DNA from: an uncultured delta proteobacterium
GTDB taxonomy: Bacteria; Myxococcota_A; Polyangia; Polyangiales; B10-G4
DNA length: 64,000 nucleotides
Assembly: GCA_963727445.1 (NCBI GenBank)
Contig: CAVSGI010000013.1
Coordinates: 320,001 to 384,000, forward strand
Direction of reading: 5' to 3'
Position numbers and translations under genes: made by a program
Part shown: positions 1 through 10,450 of the stretch, in pieces
Layout: each line of letters starts with the position of its first letter
Numbering within the stretch: position 1 is the first letter of the stretch
Notes under the pieces: generated by a model
Seen by the model: only the letters and a program-made list of their open reading frames with translations
Told to the model about the DNA's origin: nothing
Databases searched by the model: none

Positions 1-665
1 GCCACCACGAAGCGTGGGGGGTGCTCGGGCAGGGGATGCAGGTGGTGGAGGGCGCGTCCGCGACGATGCGGCGTGTCCTGCTTCGCGAGAACGAAGAGGC
101 GGCGATCACCATCGCTCAGGAAGGTACGCACGTCGACGCGGAGGACCTGCGGGCCGAGGCTTCGACCGGGCGCGAGAGCGACGGGCTCCACGGCGTGGGC
201 GTCTCTGTGTTCGGGGGCGCGACGTTGATGGGCGCGCGGGTGGCCGTCACCGGCAACCGACAGACGGGGATGGCGGCGATGCAAGGTGGGCGCGTCGTCC
301 TCGAGGACGTCGAGATTGCCGAGACACGGGAGCGCGCGTGCGCGGGCGAGGGTTGTGGCGAGGTCGCGTTCGGCTCGGGGCTGGTCACCGACCAGGACGG
401 CAGCGCGACCCTCGGCACCTTCGTCGTGCGGGACAACGCCCTGTGCGGCGTGCGGGTCCTGGGCACGGGGGCGGCGGACCTCTCGGAGGGGCGGGTGGCG
501 AACAACCCGATCGGCGCGAATGTCCAGGCCGCCGACTTCGACACGGACCGTCTGGTGGACCGGGTCGTGTACGAGGGGAACGAGCGAAACCTCGCGCGCG
601 ACAACCTCCCGCCGCCCGGCCTGCCCGAAGACATCGCCCCCAGCAGCAGCGGCGGCGGCGGCTAG
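1..665 (+). CDS. Right-handed beta-helix (pectin lyase-like) repeat protein, 5'-truncated by the window edge
   Basis: Frame is open from the window start; PbH1-like periodicity (GVSVFGGATL, VTGNRQTGM, VRDNALCGV, VANNPIGANV). Confidence 0.6.
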   Translation, partial: HHEAWGVLGQGMQVVEGASATMRRVLLRENEEAAITIAQEGTHVDAEDLRAEASTGRESDGLHGVGVSVFGGATLMGARVAVTGNRQTGMAAMQGGRVVLEDVEIAETRERACAGEGCGEVAFGSGLVTDQDGSATLGTFVVRDNALCGVRVLGTGAADLSEGRVANNPIGANVQAADFDTDRLVDRVVYEGNERNLARDNLPPPGLPEDIAPSSSGGGG

Positions 666-849
666 AAAAGCGCGCGTCTCTTTAATGAGCGGCCGGGCCG
701 CTTCTGTAGTGAAGGGCACGGGCCAACGTGCCCGCGCGATCATGATATGCGACCTGTGGCCGAACGACCTCTGGGAGTACGAGCGATGGCTCGGCTACGA
801 GCCCTCTGCTACCGTCTCGCCGGTGGCAAGGATCGACGACGACACCGCG

Positions 850-1587
850 ATGGGCGAAGGGGGTCGATCGTTTCCCGCCACGAATCGGTCGGCGGTGCTC
901 GGCTCGGGGAGCGACGATCCGGTCCACAAGGCGCGAGCCTTCAATCGACTGGTGAAGGCCTACTGGCGCCCGGTCTACAAGCACATCCGCGTGCGATGGC
1001 AGAAGTCCAACGAGGACGCCAAGGACCTGACCCAGGGCTTCTTCGCGCGCGCCTTCGAAAAAGACGTCTTCGCCGCCTTCGATCCCGAAAAGGGGCGCTT
1101 TCGGACCTACGTCCGCAGCTGTCTGGACAACTTCCTCACGAACACCGCGGTCGCCCAGAAGGCGCAGAAGCGCGGCGGGGGCCTCGCGCCTCTGAGCCTC
1201 GACTTCGCAGACGCGGAGGAAGAGCTGGCCGCTTCGGCGATCGTCGTGGAGTCGAGCGCCGAGGACGTCTTCGACCGGGAGTGGGCGCGCTCCCTGGTCC
1301 ACGCGGCGACGAAGACGCTCGCCGAGGAGCTCGAAGAGCGAGGGCGCGCCGTGCCCTACCAGGTCTTCGTGCGCTACGACCTCGCCGGCGACACCGACGA
1401 GCGCCCGACCTACGCAGCGCTCGCGGAAGAGCTCGGCATCAAGAGCTCGGACGTGAGCAACTATCTCAACGCCTCGCGCAAACGCTTCCGCGAGATCGTA
1501 TTGGACACGCTCCGCGAGCTCACGGCGAGCGAAGAGGAGTTTCGCCTCGAAGCGACCGAGCTGCTCGGAACGGAGGGGGGCGAGTAG
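850..1587 (+). CDS. ECF RNA polymerase sigma factor, Ser/Thr-kinase-associated type
   Basis: N-terminal FPATNRSAV, region 2 YWRPVYKHIR...DAKDLTQGFF, KGRFRTY, AQKRGGG, FDREWA and region 4 TYAALAEELG; start taken as ATG 850 inside ORF 286..1587. Confidence 0.85.
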   Translation: MGEGGRSFPATNRSAVLGSGSDDPVHKARAFNRLVKAYWRPVYKHIRVRWQKSNEDAKDLTQGFFARAFEKDVFAAFDPEKGRFRTYVRSCLDNFLTNTAVAQKAQKRGGGLAPLSLDFADAEEELAASAIVVESSAEDVFDREWARSLVHAATKTLAEELEERGRAVPYQVFVRYDLAGDTDERPTYAALAEELGIKSSDVSNYLNASRKRFREIVLDTLRELTASEEEFRLEATELLGTEGGE

Positions 1588-1601
1588 CCCTCCGACAAGA
1601 C

Positions 1602-3002
1602 GTGCGCACACCGCTCGCCACGACGATCGTATTGCTCGCCCTCTCGGCGGTCCTCGGAGGATGTGGGGGGGACGGGATCTGCGACGCCGACGGCCTCTCC
1701 GCCGCCCTCGCCGCCGCCGCGCCCGGCGACGTGGTCGCGCTCGGCGAGTGCGAGGTGACCGGCGCCTTCACGGTGCCTGCGGGCGTCACGCTGCGCGGCG
1801 CCTCGACGACGGCGAGCGTGCTGCACGTGAGCGGCGGGGAGCGTGGGCTGACCCTCGCGACGCGCAGCGGGGCGACCACTTCGGTCGAGTCGCTCGCGGT
1901 CGAGAGCGACGGCTGCGCGGCGATCGTCGCGGACGGGCCCGGCGCGGTGAGTCTCTCGGAGCTGGAGATCAGCGCGTCGCGCGGGGTGGGGGTCGCGGTT
2001 TCGGCGGTGAGCCTGTTGACGATGAGCCAGGTGAACGTCGCTGGGGCGATCGGCGACGACGCGCCTTTGACCATCCCCATGCCGCCCTACACCTGCGCCG
2101 GCGCCGACCCCGCGACCCACGGCATCGTCGTAGCCGGCGCCACCGAGGCGCGCCTCGACGACGTGAGCGCTCGCGGCTTCGCGGCCTTCGGCGCGCTCTT
2201 CTTCGAGTCGACGGCGACCTGGACCGGAGGCACCGTGGAGAACAACGTCGGCACCGGCCTCGAGGTCTATGGCGGCGAAGTGATGCTCGACGGCCTGAGC
2301 CTCTGCCGGTCGCGGATGGGGGTGCTCCTCGTCGAGTCGTACAACGGCATCTTCGCGGCGGGCGCCTCGGTTCAGTCGCGCGCACTGACGGTCTGCGACT
2401 CCGAGTCCTTCGGCTTGATGCACGACGGCGTGACGGCGATGCACGAGGATCTCAGCGCGACCGACAACGCCTTCGCCGCCGTCTGGGCCCAGGGCGGCGG
2501 CAGCCTCTCCCTCGGCGGGAGCGCGCCGGTGCTGACGGGAAACGGCTTCGGCGGGGTGGTGGCGTTCGAGGTGCCGGCGGTGAGCGTCGCGGGCGCGCGG
2601 ATCGAGGGGACGAGCGCGCGGACGACGGCGGCCGGCCCCTTCACCATCCGCGCGGGCGACGGCGTGCACGTGGTCGGCGCCGACGACCTTCGGCTGGACG
2701 CGCTGACGCTGAACGACAACGAGCGCGTGGGCCTTCTGCTCGATCTCGAAGGCGCGACCCCGACCACCTTCGACGTGGGCACGGTCACGGTGTCCGGCGC
2801 GGGCTCGAGCCTGGGCGCGGTCGCACAGAACGGCGACGTCCCGGCCGATTGGGACACGGAGGTGATGCGACTCGGGGCGACGGCGGCCAACGACGCGGCC
2901 TTGACCGAGGCCCTCGAGATCGTGGGGGCCATCGGACCCTCGTGCCTGCCCGATCCCTCCGACCTCGGCGCAGCGGGCATCGACGCGTTGGTCGGCCGCT
3001 GA
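1602..3002 (+). CDS. Lipoprotein with right-handed beta-helix repeats
   Basis: GTG 1602, signal peptide with lipobox VLGG-C; AALAAAAPGDVVAL...TVPAGVTLRG cap typical of beta-helix proteins. Confidence 0.75.
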   Translation: MRTPLATTIVLLALSAVLGGCGGDGICDADGLSAALAAAAPGDVVALGECEVTGAFTVPAGVTLRGASTTASVLHVSGGERGLTLATRSGATTSVESLAVESDGCAAIVADGPGAVSLSELEISASRGVGVAVSAVSLLTMSQVNVAGAIGDDAPLTIPMPPYTCAGADPATHGIVVAGATEARLDDVSARGFAAFGALFFESTATWTGGTVENNVGTGLEVYGGEVMLDGLSLCRSRMGVLLVESYNGIFAAGASVQSRALTVCDSESFGLMHDGVTAMHEDLSATDNAFAAVWAQGGGSLSLGGSAPVLTGNGFGGVVAFEVPAVSVAGARIEGTSARTTAAGPFTIRAGDGVHVVGADDLRLDALTLNDNERVGLLLDLEGATPTTFDVGTVTVSGAGSSLGAVAQNGDVPADWDTEVMRLGATAANDAALTEALEIVGAIGPSCLPDPSDLGAAGIDALVGR

Positions 3003-3003
3003 A

Positions 3004-6000
3004 TCAGTCTCCGGCGTGCTCCGCGATGAGCGCGCGGTGCGCGGGAACGTCTTCGAGGAGAGCTCTTCGGAGCTCGCCGTCGAGCAGACCGTCGGCCTGA
3101 GCGAGCAGCCGCCGGTGGCCCTCGGCGATGACCTCCGCGGCGTCCTCTTTTCGTCCCGCCGCGGACAGCGCGTGCGCGTAGGTGAGGTAGACGTCGGTCT
3201 CGTCTTCCTCCACCCCCCCGAGAGCGACGCAGCTTTCGTAGGCGCGTCTCGCGATCGCCTCCGCTGCTTCGACGCGACCGAGCGCGAGCGCTGCCCGCGC
3301 GGCCGAGACCTCGGCCATCACCGCCACCGTGTCGATCCCCGCCGCGCGCGCTGCCTCGGCGGTGCGCTGCCCGACCTCGAAGGCGTCCTCGTGGCGAGAG
3401 GCGAGCGCGAGCGTGCGTGCGCGGTAGGCATCGCAGAGGAGCGCGAGCCGCACCTCGCCGGTCGCCTGCGCCAGGTGCGCCGCGCCGTCCAGGCTCGCCT
3501 GTGACGCTTCGGTCTCGCCGAGCCCAGCCTGGGAGTAGCCGAGGTTCAGGAGCACGTATCCCTCCATCACCCGATGGCCCACCGCGCGGCACGCCTCGCG
3601 CGCCGCCGTGAGCGCGTTCACCGCGTCCGCGTAAGCGCCGAGGCGATTGTGGATGTCGGCGAGGTTCGCCCGCGCGCCCGCCGCCCGGCGCGCGTCACCG
3701 ACCAGCTCGTGCAGCTCCGCCGCCGAAGCGTACGCCCGCATCCGCGTGCCCAGATCGCCAGACGCGCCCGCGACCTGGGCACGCCAATCGAGCACCATGG
3801 CCCGGAGCTCGGGGGCCTGCCCTTCGGAGACCAGGGCGCACTCGGCGAGGAGCTCGCGCGCCCGCTCGGGATCGCCGCTCTGCACCAGCGCCAGCGCGAG
3901 ACGACCGAGCGCGATCGCGATCAGGGCCGGGTCCCCTGCGGCGCGGGCCGCGGCGACGGCTTCCGTGCCGACCTTCTCCGCCTCCTCACCGGCGCCGGAC
4001 CGTGAGAGCGCGATGCACCGGTCCGACAGGACGCGCGCCCGTTGCCGATCGTCGCTCACGTATCGAAGCGCGGCGTCGAGCTCCGCCATCTGCGCCTTGC
4101 GCGAACGGAAGCGCAGCGCGTCGACGCGGGCGATGTGCAGGCGATACCGCAGCGCATCCGGTGCGCCCAGGCGTAGCGCGGCGTCGCTCGCTCGGAGCAC
4201 GCTGTCGGCGTCGCCGCGTCGCGTCGCGAGCTCCACCGCGCGCGCATAACACTCGGCAGCCCGGGCGCCCTCGCCGGCTTCCTCGTGATGATGCGCGACC
4301 TCCTCCGGGTCGACATCCTCGCGCGTCTCGAGCCAGCGCGCCGCGTCGCGATGGAGCGCCACGCGCAGGTCGTCGGCGAGCATGCGGTATGCCACGTGGC
4401 CAGTGAGGGCGCTCCGGAAGTCGAAGAGACCGCGCTTGCGCGGCACGACGAGGTCGCGACGGCGCAGGGAGCGGAGGAGGAGCCCCGGCTCCACCGGACC
4501 GAGGGCCTGTACGTCCGGCGCGGAGAAGGGCCTTCGATAGATCGCGGCGCGCTTCACCAGATCTTTCTCCGCGGAGGGCAGGAGATCGAGTCGCGACTGA
4601 ACCGCGGCCTCGACGGTGAGGGGGATGGGCAGCTCCTCGGGCGGCTGCTGCAGCTCCCCCCGCTCCGCGAGGGCCGCGACGATCTGCTGCACGAAGAAGG
4701 GATTGCCGGCGGTTCGCTCGTGGATCCGCGCGGTGAGCGCGTCGGGGAGGCGCCGCTTCGCCGCGTAGGTGGCGAGGCGGCCAACGTCGGCGCGGCTCAG
4801 ACCACGGAGCTGGATCGCATGGACCTCGGCAGCGCTGAAGAGATCGGGGTGGGATTCGATGAAGGTCCGGACGTGCACACGCGATGATCGCGAGGGGCGC
4901 ATCCCAGCAGCGCTCCACGAGGCGATCGAGCACCTCCAGAGACTCGGCGTCGGCGAAGGAGAGATCTTCGAGGACCAGCACCGTGGGTCCCTGGCGGCAC
5001 GCGGCTTCGAGCCACTCGAGCAGAGACGACCGCAGCCGATCGTCGATCCGCCGCAGATCGGTCGCGGCGACGGAGTAGCCGGCTCGGTCTGCGGCCGAGT
5101 CGCGCACCAGGAGGGAGAGATCCGAGACGATGCGATCGGCGGTATTCGGGGTCGCGATGAAGCGCCGGACGAGGACGTCGAGGGTGTCGGCGCCGCCCGA
5201 GTCGGTCATCGCTTCGCGGATCAGCGACTGGAAGAGCGAGAGCGCCCGTCGCGATCGCTGCGCGGTGCCGCGCGCGCGGAGCACCCGAAGCGGGCGTGCA
5301 TCGTCGGCGAGCCGCGCCATCACGGCCTCGCGCAGGCGCGACTTGCCGATGCCCTGCGGCCCGCTGATCAGCGCCACCGTCACGCGCTCGTCGGTGATCG
5401 TGTCGTCGACCGCACGAAGGGCCATGGCGAGCTCGAGCTCGCGGCCGAAGAGGGGACCTTCGTCCCGAAACGCATCGAGCAGAGAGAGCACCTGGGTGTC
5501 GGGGGCGAGTTGGAAGAGCGAGCCCTCGAGCGCCTGCAAGGGAACCGACTCGGGGAGCCCGCGCGCCGCTTCGGCCGACACCCCCACACCTTCGAGAACG
5601 ACCGAGCAGGCGCTCTCCGCCTCGTCGAGGGCCGAACCGCTGATGCCGGTCTTGCCCCCCGACGCACGCCCCGACCCGATCGCGATGCGCTCGGCATGCC
5701 CGCGACAGCGGAGCGCGACCGAGGCCGCCCGGAGCAGCTCGTCGCCCGCGGTGGTCTCGGCACCGAAGAGGCCGACCAGGCGATCGCCGATCAGCCGGAG
5801 CACCCGGCCCCCTTCGTCCCGGATCGCAGCGGACAGACGCGACTCCTCGCGGACGCCGCGAGCCAGGAGCACCGCGACCACGCGCTGTTCTCCCGCGGGG
5901 ATGGTCGGAGGGCGCTTGGTGAGCGCGGCGTCCCCGCGCGCGGCGGCGAGCGCGTCGGCGAATTCGAGCGCATCGGCGAAGCGATCGCGCGGGCTCTTGG

Positions 6001-6751
6001 CCAGCGCGCGGAGGATCGCCGTCTCGAGTCCGGCGGGCGTCTCCACCCGTTCGTGATGCGGCGGGATCGGGTCCGAGAGTAGGGTGGCGACGAGGGTGCT
6101 GAGGGGAGTGTCGTGATGGAAGGGCGGCCGGCCGACCAGCGCTTCGTAGAGCACGGCGCCGAGGGAGAAGAGATCGGTCGACGCCTCGATGTCGGTGCGC
6201 CCTTCGGCCTGCTCTGGCGACAAATACGACAGGGTTCCGACGACCTGGCCGGCCTCCGTGAGGCGCGTCTCGTGCGTGGAGAGCCGGGCCACCCCGAAGT
6301 CGAGGAGCTTCACGCCGCCGTCGGTGGTCAAGAAGACGTTCGACGGCTTGAGATCGCGGTGCACGATCTTCTCCCGGTGCGCGGCGGCGAGCCCGCTGCA
6401 GATCGCGATGCCGAGGTCGATGATCCCGTCGAACTCCATCACGCCGCGCGCGAGGCGCTGGTCGAGAGTCTCGCCCTCGAGAAGCTCGAAGGCGATGAAG
6501 GGCATGCCCTCGGAGTCGGTCCCCGACTCGAGCACGCGCACGATGTTGTCGTGCTCGATCCGCACGGACGCTTCTCGCTCGAAGCGGCGGAGCGCCTGGG
6601 CGCTGGTGAAGGACGCGCGGACGACCTTGATGGCAGCGGCGCGGCCCGCGCTGTCGACGCCACGGTAGACGACGCCCATGCCACCGCCGCCGAGGACACC
6701 CTCGATCTGGTACGAGCCGATGACCTCGGGATACGCGCCTTCCGCCGTCAC
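3004..6751 (-). CDS. Ser/Thr protein kinase + degenerate cyclase-like domain + AAA ATPase + TPR region; one frameshift near 4865
   Basis: GGGGMGVVY, AIK, HRDLKPSN, DFG, YLSPEQ; Walker A GPQGIGKS, Walker B LVLEDL, GNPFF; ORFs 3986..6751 and 3004..4902 join if one base is removed at ...ARPD/FIESHP. Confidence 0.85.
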
Positions 6752-6811
6752 GGGAGCGCTGAGTCTCGCACGGCGCTCATCGGCCGTCGAATCCGGGCGC
6801 CGCGCGCCGCA

Positions 6812-7696
6812 TCACTCGACGGGCGGCAGGCCCCATTCGTCGGCGAGCGCCTGGTAAACGGTCGCCGGAAGCTGCACCAGCATGTTCTGTTCGGGGGCGA
6901 GGCGCTGGATGACGTCCTCGAGGGCTTCGCGGCGCATGGAGGTGCAGCCGGCGGTGGGCGTGTCGGGCGACGTCCAGACGTGGAAGAGGATGCAGCTGCC
7001 GCGTCCGGGGACCGGGGCGGGCTCGGTGTTCTGCGCGACGAAGACGAGGAACTCGTAGAGGCCGTCGTCGCGACGGAGGCGATCGGTGCTGTCCCAGTCG
7101 GGGGTGATGAGCGCGCGATCGACGATGCGGTTGTAGTACGCGGAGCTCTCGTCCTCGATGCATTGGAGCGTTGGCGTCATCGCCTGGTAGGCGATGCGCG
7201 TGCCGGCGGGAGCGGTGGATGCGTATCCGAGCGCGTGGTCTAGCCAGAAGGCGCCCGCGGGGGAGCGTCCGTCGCCCTCGTGCTTGACCGGTCCGTCGTA
7301 GCCGGCGGGGGCGGCCTCGCCGTGCAGACCCCGTCCCCAGCCGACACCGCTCCGGCCGAGGATGATCGGGATGTCGTCCGCGTCGCGTGTCCAGGCGCCG
7401 GCGGCGTCGCGGCGATACCGTGCGAGGGTGCCGGCGGAGGTGTCCCAGTCCGGCGTGCGCACGGTGACGAGATAGCTGGCGGCGTCGGTGAGGCGCGGGG
7501 CGGGTGCGGCGGTGTCGGGATCGCTCGCGGCGTCGGTGGGGGCGTCCGCGTCGGGCGTGGTGGCAGCGTCGACCGCCGTGGAGGCGTCTTCTTCGGGGGC
7601 CGGCGGCGCGCCGCGGCTCGACATGCGATCGCCGCCGCAAGCTGCTGCTCCGACGAGCAGGGCCGTGATCAGAAGAGAGCGAGGACGGGGCGTCAC
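6812..7696 (-). CDS. L,D-transpeptidase (YkuD-like) family lipoprotein
   Basis: GTG 7696, lipobox GAAA-C; KHEGDGRSPAG, GSCILFHVW...PTAGC catalytic His/Cys motif. Confidence 0.8.
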   Translation of the reverse strand: MTPRPRSLLITALLVGAAACGGDRMSSRGAPPAPEEDASTAVDAATTPDADAPTDAASDPDTAAPAPRLTDAASYLVTVRTPDWDTSAGTLARYRRDAAGAWTRDADDIPIILGRSGVGWGRGLHGEAAPAGYDGPVKHEGDGRSPAGAFWLDHALGYASTAPAGTRIAYQAMTPTLQCIEDESSAYYNRIVDRALITPDWDSTDRLRRDDGLYEFLVFVAQNTEPAPVPGRGSCILFHVWTSPDTPTAGCTSMRREALEDVIQRLAPEQNMLVQLPATVYQALADEWGLPPVE

Positions 7697-7761
7697 CGGC
7701 AGACTGTACGGGCTGCGGCGAGGGTTGTCGCGCGCGTGTAGCCAGGACTGTGGCGCCGCCC

Positions 7762-8439
7762 TCAGTCGCTGGTCAGCGGCTCGAAGAGCGTGATGGAGCC
7801 GGCGACGAAGACGAGGTCGAAAGCGCCGAGGATGCGGAGCCAGGCGAGGGTGTCGCCGAGGGGGGCGTCGGCGAGCAGATCGCGGGTCGCGACGACACCG
7901 GCGAGCAGCGCGGGGCTGACCAACGGGAAGAGGATGATGGAGAGCATGAGGTCGCGGGCGCTGGTGCGGACGCTCATGGCGGAGAAGAGCGTGCCGGCCG
8001 CGACGAAGCCGAGGGTGCCGAGGAAGAGGACCATGGTGAGGCGGCCGAGGATCGGGAGGAGATCGAGCTGGAAGAAGAAGGTGACGAGGGGCAGGAGCAT
8101 GAGCTCGACGGCCGTCAGGAAGAGGAGCGCGCCGAGGGCCTTGCCGATGTAGATGGAGGCGCGGGGGATCGGGGTCAGGAGCAGGCCGCGCATGGCGTCG
8201 TGGTCGCGCTCGCGCATCCAGCTGCGGCCCATGGCCAGGACGCCGGAGAAGGTGATGGTGATCCACAGGACGCCCGGGGCGATCTGCTTGGAGGCGTTTT
8301 GATCGATGTAGAAGGAGAGCGACGCCAGGACGGTGAGGAGGAACGCGAAGAGGCCGACCGTGACGAGGATCTCGCCGGTGCGGAGCTCGATGCGCAGGTC
8401 CTTACCGAGGACGAGGAGGGCGGCGCGGAGGGTGGTCAC
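7762..8439 (-). CDS. ccmB: Heme exporter protein CcmB
   Basis: KDLRIELR, PGVLW, RERDHDAMRGLLLTP, IYIGK; six hydrophobic segments; overlaps ccmA stop. Confidence 0.92.
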   Translation of the reverse strand: MTTLRAALLVLGKDLRIELRTGEILVTVGLFAFLLTVLASLSFYIDQNASKQIAPGVLWITITFSGVLAMGRSWMRERDHDAMRGLLLTPIPRASIYIGKALGALLFLTAVELMLLPLVTFFFQLDLLPILGRLTMVLFLGTLGFVAAGTLFSAMSVRTSARDLMLSIILFPLVSPALLAGVVATRDLLADAPLGDTLAWLRILGAFDLVFVAGSITLFEPLTSD

Positions 8440-9089
8440 CGGTCGTCCCCGCTGACGACGCGGCCGCGGTCGAGGCGAACGCGGACGTCGCCGACGCGAT
8501 CGGCGAGGGCGGGGTCATGGGTGATGAGGACGCAGATCGCGCCGCGCTCGCGCTCGGCTTCGACGACGTCGACGAGCCTCCGGACGGCGCTCTCGTCGAG
8601 GCCGGTGGAGGGCTCGTCGAGGAGGAGGAGGCGCGGCGCGTGGAGGACCGCGCGGGCGAGGGCGACGCGCTGGAGCTGTCCGCGCGAGTAGGTGCGGGTC
8701 GGGCGGTCGAAGAAGCGGCCCAGCTCGAAGCGTTCTTCGAGGGCGGGGATGCGCTCTTCGGGATCGAGGGCGTAGAGGCGAGCGTAGAGGGCGAGGTTCT
8801 CGCGGCCGGAGAGGTCGGGGTAGAGCATGGAAGCGTGGCCGAGCACGCCGAGGTGGCGGCGGATCCCCTTTCGCGCCGCGCGCTCGGACAGCTCGCCGTA
8901 GCGGACCTTCCCGCGCGTGGGCCGCGCCAGCTGCGCCAGGATAGACAGGAGCGTGCTCTTCCCCGACCCGTTCGGCCCCTCGACCACCGTCACCTTCCCG
9001 GCGACCAGCTCGAGATCCACCCCCGCGAGCGCGCGAGTCAACCCGAACATCTTCGTCAGCCCCTCAGTCCGAACCCGCTCGAAGTCCAC
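8436..9089 (-). CDS. ccmA: Heme ABC exporter ATP-binding protein CcmA
   Basis: GPNGSGKST, YSRGQLQR signature, LLDEP, LYPDLSGRENL; adjacent to ccmB. Confidence 0.9.
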   Translation of the reverse strand: MDFERVRTEGLTKMFGLTRALAGVDLELVAGKVTVVEGPNGSGKSTLLSILAQLARPTRGKVRYGELSERAARKGIRRHLGVLGHASMLYPDLSGRENLALYARLYALDPEERIPALEERFELGRFFDRPTRTYSRGQLQRVALARAVLHAPRLLLLDEPSTGLDESAVRRLVDVVEAERERGAICVLITHDPALADRVGDVRVRLDRGRVVSGDDR

Positions 9090-9098
9090 CCCCGAATG

Positions 9099-9296
9099 CT
9101 AACGGGGACGGTCTACACTTTTGAACTTTCGCGCCGCCCAGCCAACGGGGACGGTCTACACTCTTGCACTTTCGGGCCGCCCGGCTTCGGAAAGTGCAAA
9201 AGTGTAGACCGTCCCCATCAGAGGCGGTCCCCATCAGAGGCGTCCCCGTCAGAGGCGGGGGACGGAAAGTGCAAAAGTGTAGACCGTCCCCGTTAG
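9099..9296. repeat. Nested inverted-repeat element (REP/REPIN- or MITE-like): two direct and two inverted copies of a ~30-bp unit
   Basis: AACGGGGACGGTCTACACTYTTGMACTTTC at 9101-9130 and 9144-9173; reverse-complement copies at 9190-9216 and 9265-9296; three short GTCCCCRTCAGAGGCG units between the last two. Confidence 0.85.
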
Positions 9297-10450
9297 AAGA
9301 GGCGGGTGACGATGGTGTCTAGGTGGAGCCAGCGGTCTGGGGGGACACAGAGGTGGGTGGCGTCGCGCCGGAGGTCGCCGGATTCGAGGGCGCGGGCGAT
9401 GGGGCGGGCGCGAACGGTGCGGGGATCGAGGCCGGTTCGGCGCGTGACGTCTTCGAGATCGACGCCTTCGCGGGTCCTCAAGCCGAGCATCAGCGCCTCG
9501 TTGAGCAGCGTCTCCGCATCGAGATCCTCGCTCTCCATCTCGAAGCGCCCCTCGCCCACCGCGGCCACATAGTCCTCGCCCACCGCCACGTTCCGCCACC
9601 GCCGCGCCCGACCCGCACCCTCTTCCAAACACCCGACCGCCGCCGCCCCCAACCCCAGATAGGCGCCCCCCCGCCAGTAGTGCTGGTTGTGCAGCGACTC
9701 CTCACCGGGCGCCGCGTAATTGCTCACCTCGTAATGCGCGAGCCCATACGCCGCGAAACGCGCCTCCGCCGCAACGAACATCGCGGCGTAGTCGTCTTCC
9801 TTCGCCACCTCGAGCCGCCCCTTGCGATACAGCTCCCCGAACTGCGTCCCCGGCTCGATCGTCAACGCATACGCGGACACGTGCCTGAGCCCCATGTCCA
9901 ATAGACGCGTCAGGTCGTCGTCCACCGACGCCTGCTCCGGCATGCCGAACATCACGTCCGCGCTCACCCGGGGCACTTCGGCCATCGCCGCCTCGAGCGC
10001 CGCCCTCCCCTGCGCCGCATCGTGAAAGCGCCCGAGATATCTCAGCCGCGCGTCGTCGAGGCTCTGCACCCCCACGGAGAGCCTCCCCACCCCGGCCGCG
10101 ACCAGCGCCGCCGCGTGCCCGCGATCCAGCGACGAGGGGTTGCACTCCACCGTCACCTCGACGTCCTCCGCATGTACGTCGAACGCAGCGCGCACACCGG
10201 CGAGCACACGCCCCAGCGCCTCCGCCTTCCACAGCGAAGGCGTGCCGCCACCGAAGAAGACGCTGATCAACCGCCGGCCCGCGAGCGACGTGCGCCGCGC
10301 CTCGAGCTCCGCGAGAACCGCGTCCGCATACGCGTCGTGCGGCACGTCCCCGCGATCGATCTTACGCGTCGCGAAGTCGCAGTACGGGCACTTCTTCAGA
10401 CACCAGGGGAAGTGGACGTAGACGGATGTGTCAGTCGCTCGAGGCGCCAT
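9293..10450 (-). CDS. hemW: Radical SAM heme chaperone HemW
   Basis: YVHFPWCLKKCPYCDF, FFGGGTPS, YEVSNYA, HNQHYW motifs. Confidence 0.92.
   Translation of the reverse strand: MAPRATDTSVYVHFPWCLKKCPYCDFATRKIDRGDVPHDAYADAVLAELEARRTSLAGRRLISVFFGGGTPSLWKAEALGRVLAGVRAAFDVHAEDVEVTVECNPSSLDRGHAAALVAAGVGRLSVGVQSLDDARLRYLGRFHDAAQGRAALEAAMAEVPRVSADVMFGMPEQASVDDDLTRLLDMGLRHVSAYALTIEPGTQFGELYRKGRLEVAKEDDYAAMFVAAEARFAAYGLAHYEVSNYAAPGEESLHNQHYWRGGAYLGLGAAAVGCLEEGAGRARRWRNVAVGEDYVAAVGEGRFEMESEDLDAETLLNEALMLGLRTREGVDLEDVTRRTGLDPRTVRARPIARALESGDLRRDATHLCVPPDRWLHLDTIVTRLF

Noticed and set aside
4855..4905. Programmed frameshift in the kinase-AAA gene
   Set aside because: No slippery heptamer is visible, and the many similar single indels in the window favour sequencing error.
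9101..9296. Possible CRISPR array (30-bp repeats)
   Set aside because: Copies are in both orientations, spacers are irregular (13-48 bp) and partly repetitive, and there are no cas genes.
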